This document shows positions 43,562 to 46,990 of a DNA stretch of 46,990 bases, in pieces (the first letter of the stretch is position 1; every line of letters starts with the position of its first letter). The position numbers and the translations under genes were made by a program. Origin of the DNA: an uncultured Ktedonobacterales bacterium (GTDB lineage: Bacteria > Chloroflexota > Ktedonobacteria > Ktedonobacterales > JADMIN01); assembly GCA_964469715.1 (NCBI GenBank), contig CAYYCB010000001.1:21777-68766 (forward strand), in the 5' to 3' direction. The notes under the pieces were generated by a model that searched no databases, had not been told where the DNA came from, and saw only the letters and a program-made list of their open reading frames with translations.

Positions 43562-44713
43562 ATGCGCATAGCGTTGGACTATACCCCGGCAATCAGCCAA
43601 GGTGCGGGAATCGCCCGGTACACACGTGACCTGGCACAGGCTCTCGTCCGCATCGACCCCGTCGATCAATATCTCCTCTTCTCGACCGAGTCCCCCGATC
43701 CCACTCGCAGCTTCCCTGATGGGCCGAACTTAAGTCAGCGTGTCATTCCGCTGGGCCACCGGAACATGACCTTGCTGTGGCAGCGCCTGCGCGTCCCGGT
43801 GCCGGTCGAACTGTTCATCGGGCGAGCCGACGTGGTGCATGGAACGGACTTTATCCTGCCGCCTGTCGCCGCGGCCCGCCGCGTCGTGACTGTTCACGAT
43901 CTAGCCTACCTTACCCATCCCCACTGTGCGCTGCCCAGCCTCGTCGCCTATCTGACCGCCGTCGTGCCACGCGCGGTGCGTGCCGCCGACCGCGTGATCG
44001 CCGTGTCTGAGCGCACGGCGGATGATCTGGTTGAGCATTTGAAAGTCCCTCGCGAGAAAATTCGCGTCATTCACCTCGGCATCTCGCCCACGTTCAATGC
44101 GGAGCGCGACGACGAGGCCACCGCGCGCGTACGCCAACGATATCGCTTAACCGAGCCTTTCGTCCTCGCCGTCGGCACCATCGAGCCGCGCAAGGACTAC
44201 GAGACGCTCATCAAAGCGTTCGCCGCGGCACGCCGCGAGCCGGACGGCCCCCAGACGCTCGTCATCGCGGGGAGGCCAGGCTGGCTCTATGAGGGCGTAT
44301 ACGCCACCGCCGAACGGCTCCGCTTGGGCGAGGCGGTCAAGTTCCTGGACTATGTTCCCGACGCGGATCTGCCCGCGCTCTATGCCGCCGCCAGTGCCCT
44401 CGTCATGCCCTCCATTTACGAAGGTTTCGGCATCCCTGTGATCGAGTCGATGGCCTGCGGCACTCCAGTCGTGTGTAGCACCGGCGGCTCACTCCCCGAG
44501 ATCGCGGGGGACGCTGCATTGCTCGTCGCGCCCGGCGACGAAGAGGCGCTGTCGGAGGCGCTGGCGCGCATCATGCGCGACGATGACCTGCGGGCGACGC
44601 TCCGTTCACGCGGGCTGCGACGCGCACAACACTTCACTTGGGACCGCGCTGCCGCCGAGCATGTTGAGGTCTACCACGAGGCAGCACGCGACGCTGTCGG
44701 CCGGCCGGCCTGA
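43562..44713 (+). CDS. GT4-family glycosyltransferase (paralog of 15096..16286)
   Basis: ORF 42980..44713, but the GT domain begins at ATG 43562 (MRIALDYTPAISQGAGIARYTRDL). MPSIYEGFGIPVIESMACGTPVVCSTGGSLPEIAGDAALLVAP. Confidence 0.8.
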   Translation: MRIALDYTPAISQGAGIARYTRDLAQALVRIDPVDQYLLFSTESPDPTRSFPDGPNLSQRVIPLGHRNMTLLWQRLRVPVPVELFIGRADVVHGTDFILPPVAAARRVVTVHDLAYLTHPHCALPSLVAYLTAVVPRAVRAADRVIAVSERTADDLVEHLKVPREKIRVIHLGISPTFNAERDDEATARVRQRYRLTEPFVLAVGTIEPRKDYETLIKAFAAARREPDGPQTLVIAGRPGWLYEGVYATAERLRLGEAVKFLDYVPDADLPALYAAASALVMPSIYEGFGIPVIESMACGTPVVCSTGGSLPEIAGDAALLVAPGDEEALSEALARIMRDDDLRATLRSRGLRRAQHFTWDRAAAEHVEVYHEAARDAVGRPA

Positions 44714-44750
44714 ACAACCCGGTTCCGGCCATTGAGGCGGAAGGTGCAAT

Positions 44751-45203
44751 ATGGCCGAAGATGACCACCCAACTCATGTCGTGTCGTGTTTTCTGCTGCG
44801 CCGTGACGGTTCGGAGCGCGTTTTGCTCGTGCGCCGCAGCGAACTTGTTAGAACCTACAAAGGTTCCTGGGCGGCCATCTCCGGCTATGTCGAGGCGGGC
44901 GTCACCGAGATCGACCAGGCCTACACCGAATTACGTGAGGAGACTGGCCTTCGCAAAGACGACGTGACACTCATGCGCCAGGGGACCCCGATTCACGTCA
45001 ACGATGCGGAGCTTGGGCAACGCTGGGTCGTGCACCCTTTCCTGTTCTCCACGGATCACCCTGAGCGAATCCAGACCGACTGGGAGGCGGCAGAGGCGCA
45101 GTGGGTCGAGCCCGCGACCGTCGCGAGTCTCCGCACGGTACCTCAGCTCGCCGAAGCGCTTGAGGCCGTGTACCCGGCGAGCCCTCCTGATGACCACGCC
45201 TGA
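44751..45203 (+). CDS. NUDIX hydrolase
   Basis: Nudix box GYVEAGVTEIDQAYTELREETGL (GX5EX7REUXEEXGU). Confidence 0.8.
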   Translation: MAEDDHPTHVVSCFLLRRDGSERVLLVRRSELVRTYKGSWAAISGYVEAGVTEIDQAYTELREETGLRKDDVTLMRQGTPIHVNDAELGQRWVVHPFLFSTDHPERIQTDWEAAEAQWVEPATVASLRTVPQLAEALEAVYPASPPDDHA

Positions 45204-46137
45204 CCTGCTCTCCGACCTGCGCGCAGCGCTTGCCCGCAGCGTTCAAGAGGTCAAGGACGACCGCGAACACGGCGCATCCTCGCTGGCCCGGCGTGTGGCT
45301 GCCGCCGTTGTTGCCGCGACCGATCAGACACCACCCGCTCTCGCCGCAGAGGCGTTGCCCGTCCTCCACACAGCGCTACGCGACTTCGCATCAGCGCGGC
45401 CCAGCATGGCAGCCATGGCGAATGCCGCCGCGCTCATCTGGCAAGCGAGTCTCGCCAAGACCGGCAACCAGAGCAAGTTTGAGGCGCTGGCAAACCGGGC
45501 ACGCGAACTCGTGGCGAGCGACCGGAATTGGCAAGACGCCACGCTCCAGGCCGCCCGCCCCGTGCTGACAGGGCCGGTCTTCACCCATAGCCGTTCCGCC
45601 TCCGTCGAAAACCTCCTCATCGCGGCCCGCCGCGCGAATCCTCCGCTGCTCTCGCGCGTCTATCAGACCACGTCTCAACCCGGCGGCGAAGGTATCGAAA
45701 GCGCACGAGCACTCGCAAATGCCGGGCTCGCCGTCACCCTCATGGCCGACGCGGCGATGACGCTGTTCGTGGGCGATACGAATCTCGTGCTCGTCGGGGC
45801 CGACAGCATTCGCCCCGACGGCTCCGTCGTGAACAAAGTGGGAACGCATACGCTCGCCCTGGCAGCCAGAGAGGCGGACGTGCCATTCTATGTGGTCTGC
45901 GAAACGCTCAAGGTTGCCGCGCCCGGTTTCCCGCTCCTCCTGGAGGAGATGGACCCACGCGAGCTCCTCGATGAACCTATCCCTGGCGTAGAAGCGCGGA
46001 ATGTTTACTTCGATCACACGCCCGCAGCGCTTGTCGCCGGCGTTATCACCGAGCGCGGCATTCTGCATCTACCCGACGCCGCACAGCAAGCCGAACGGGC
46101 TGGTGAGGCGCTCACGGCGTTGCTTGGCCATGAGTAG
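45190..46137 (+). CDS. eIF-2B alpha/beta/delta-like family protein (sugar-phosphate isomerase family)
   Basis: ORF 45004..46137. ATG 45190 (MTTPDLL) overlaps the NUDIX 3' end by 14 nt. LVLVGADSIRPDGSVVNKVGTHTLALAAREADVPFYVVCETLK is the IF-2B family core. Confidence 0.75.
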   Translation: MTTPDLLSDLRAALARSVQEVKDDREHGASSLARRVAAAVVAATDQTPPALAAEALPVLHTALRDFASARPSMAAMANAAALIWQASLAKTGNQSKFEALANRARELVASDRNWQDATLQAARPVLTGPVFTHSRSASVENLLIAARRANPPLLSRVYQTTSQPGGEGIESARALANAGLAVTLMADAAMTLFVGDTNLVLVGADSIRPDGSVVNKVGTHTLALAAREADVPFYVVCETLKVAAPGFPLLLEEMDPRELLDEPIPGVEARNVYFDHTPAALVAGVITERGILHLPDAAQQAERAGEALTALLGHE

Positions 46138-46417
46138 CGCCTGCTGTACGCGCCGAAAGCACGGATATGAGCGCCCGTCCGTAAGCCTCGGCAACCGACT
46201 GACCATCGTAATAACCAGCTTCGATCATCACGCGATAGCGGCACTTCCAGCGGCGGGCGGCGGCAGGCGTCAGTCGGAACAGGTTGAAGCCAGGGACATG
46301 CCGCTCCAGTTCGCGTCGCAGCGCCACCTCGCCATGGTCCATGATTCCTCGCGCGTCAAGCTCCGCCGCGAGGTCCGCCGGAAATGCCGCCTCTCGATCA
46401 TCCTGATGAACCGTCAC
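46112..46417 (-). CDS. Small hypothetical protein
   Basis: GTG 46417 is preceded by AGGAG at a 7-nt spacing. Third-position GC looks coding-like. The 3' end overlaps the convergent gene by 26 nt. No motif recognised. Confidence 0.4.
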   Translation of the reverse strand: MTVHQDDREAAFPADLAAELDARGIMDHGEVALRRELERHVPGFNLFRLTPAAARRWKCRYRVMIEAGYYDGQSVAEAYGRALISVLSARTAGATHGQATP

Positions 46418-46503
46418 CGGCCGACTCCTAGCTGACTACGGCACAGCAATCCGGGCCACCAACGTCTATCGTACCATGTAGGCGACCAGAAAGGCGGCAA
46501 TTC

Positions 46504-46989
46504 ATGGGAGCGGTCGAGCCGACCATGGCGAGCGTTGGCATCGAAATCGCGGACAGCGCAACGCGGATCGCCGCGACGGTCCAGGGCAACTCCAGCGCGC
46601 GGCGAAGCGTTCGACTTGCCGCGCCGCCTGCGCCCGACGACATCCTTGACCATATCGTCGCGCTCATCAAGGGTCTACTCCCCGACGAAGGGCATACGCT
46701 CGGCAGCCTCGGCGTCGCCGTTTGGGGCCGCGTAGACGGATCGTCCGGCACAATTCTCGATCTTCCGCTGAATCCAGATTGGACCGGGTTTCCGCTTGCC
46801 GAGCGCCTGGCGGATCGGCTCCACATTCCGGTCCGTGTGGCGAGCGCCGTCGAGGCGGCTGCGCGAGCCGAAGCGGCCCAGCTCGGCGACCGCCGGACGA
46901 TGCTCTTCTGTCATGCCAGCCGCTCGATCCTCTCCTGTTCGATTCGCGACGGTCATAGCCTGCCGGGAGCGCATGCACGCGACGGGCAG
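46504..46989 (+). CDS. ROK-family-like protein, 3'-truncated by the window edge
   Basis: My own translation of the frame starting at ATG 46504 (alternative ATG 46525) shows no stop to the window end. It is absent from the supplied track, presumably because the ORF is open-ended. VGIEIADSATRIAA...LGVAVWGRVD...PVRVASAVEAAARAEA...MLFCHASRSILSCSIRDGHSLPG follows the ROK layout. Confidence 0.55.
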   Translation, partial: MGAVEPTMASVGIEIADSATRIAATVQGNSSARRSVRLAAPPAPDDILDHIVALIKGLLPDEGHTLGSLGVAVWGRVDGSSGTILDLPLNPDWTGFPLAERLADRLHIPVRVASAVEAAARAEAAQLGDRRTMLFCHASRSILSCSIRDGHSLPGAHARDGQ

Positions 46990-46990
46990 C

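Noticed and set aside
45004-45189. 5' extension of the eIF-2B-like ORF
   Set aside because: It overlaps the NUDIX gene in another frame and is Ser/Arg/Pro-rich. ATG 45190 gives a normal family N-terminus.
1-46990. Scanned for CRISPR arrays, IS elements/transposases, integrase-flanked islands, and rRNA/tRNA genes
   Set aside because: There are no regularly spaced direct repeats, no transposase- or phage-like ORFs and no terminal inverted repeats. The Xer recombinase sits in a housekeeping-like context next to the nucleoside phosphorylase, not at an island border. The only long DNA repeat is the intragenic 258-bp tract reported above.

Overview
Visibly GC-rich bacterial chromosomal window with a dense set of antisense and off-frame shadow ORFs. 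I support about 40 protein-coding genes and found no rRNA, tRNA, CRISPR array or transposase. About 2.2-29.4 kb is one large Wzx/Wzy-type surface-glycan locus. It has a + strand operon (2244->20583) with very short or overlapping gene junctions. In order it encodes a Wzz-like chain-length protein, a BY-kinase-like ATPase, a GHMP heptose kinase, a degenerate WbaP-like phosphoglycosyl transferase (PGT), GmhA, GmhB, two alkaline-phosphatase (AP)/NPP-superfamily paralogs, an O-antigen-ligase/polymerase-like membrane protein, three GT4 glycosyltransferases, a GT4-PGT fusion and an SDR epimerase. A convergent - strand operon (26059->20650) encodes a Wzx flippase and two more AP/NPP paralogs. A tandem pair of membrane-anchored or lipoprotein TIM-barrel-like putative glycanases follows (26459..29386). 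The locus is preceded by a sensorless NarL-type two-component pair. The rest of the window holds a type IB topoisomerase, a Xer recombinase, purine nucleoside phosphorylase, an orphan ParA-like ATPase with an Ig-like membrane protein, and a polytopic GAF histidine kinase with a LuxR-type regulator and a small protein. It also holds selA translationally coupled to a MazF/PemK-fold protein with a small upstream ORF, DUF72, a large low-complexity hypothetical, another GT4, an overlapping NUDIX/eIF-2B-like pair, and a partial degenerate ROK-like gene. Four things are most worth following up. First, four cytoplasmic NPP-like paralogs bracket the polymerase/GT core and share a C-terminal ...RLxxLGYL tail. 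Second, the initiation and regulation proteins are non-canonical: the WbaP-like PGT lacks the DE dyad, a GT4-PGT fusion appears intact, and the BY-kinase has Walker A Lys->Arg and no Tyr cluster. Third, a 258-bp perfectly identical tract lies inside two otherwise diverged hydrolase paralogs. Fourth, a MazF-like gene overlaps the selA start. All functional calls rest on motif recognition by eye; no database search was run.
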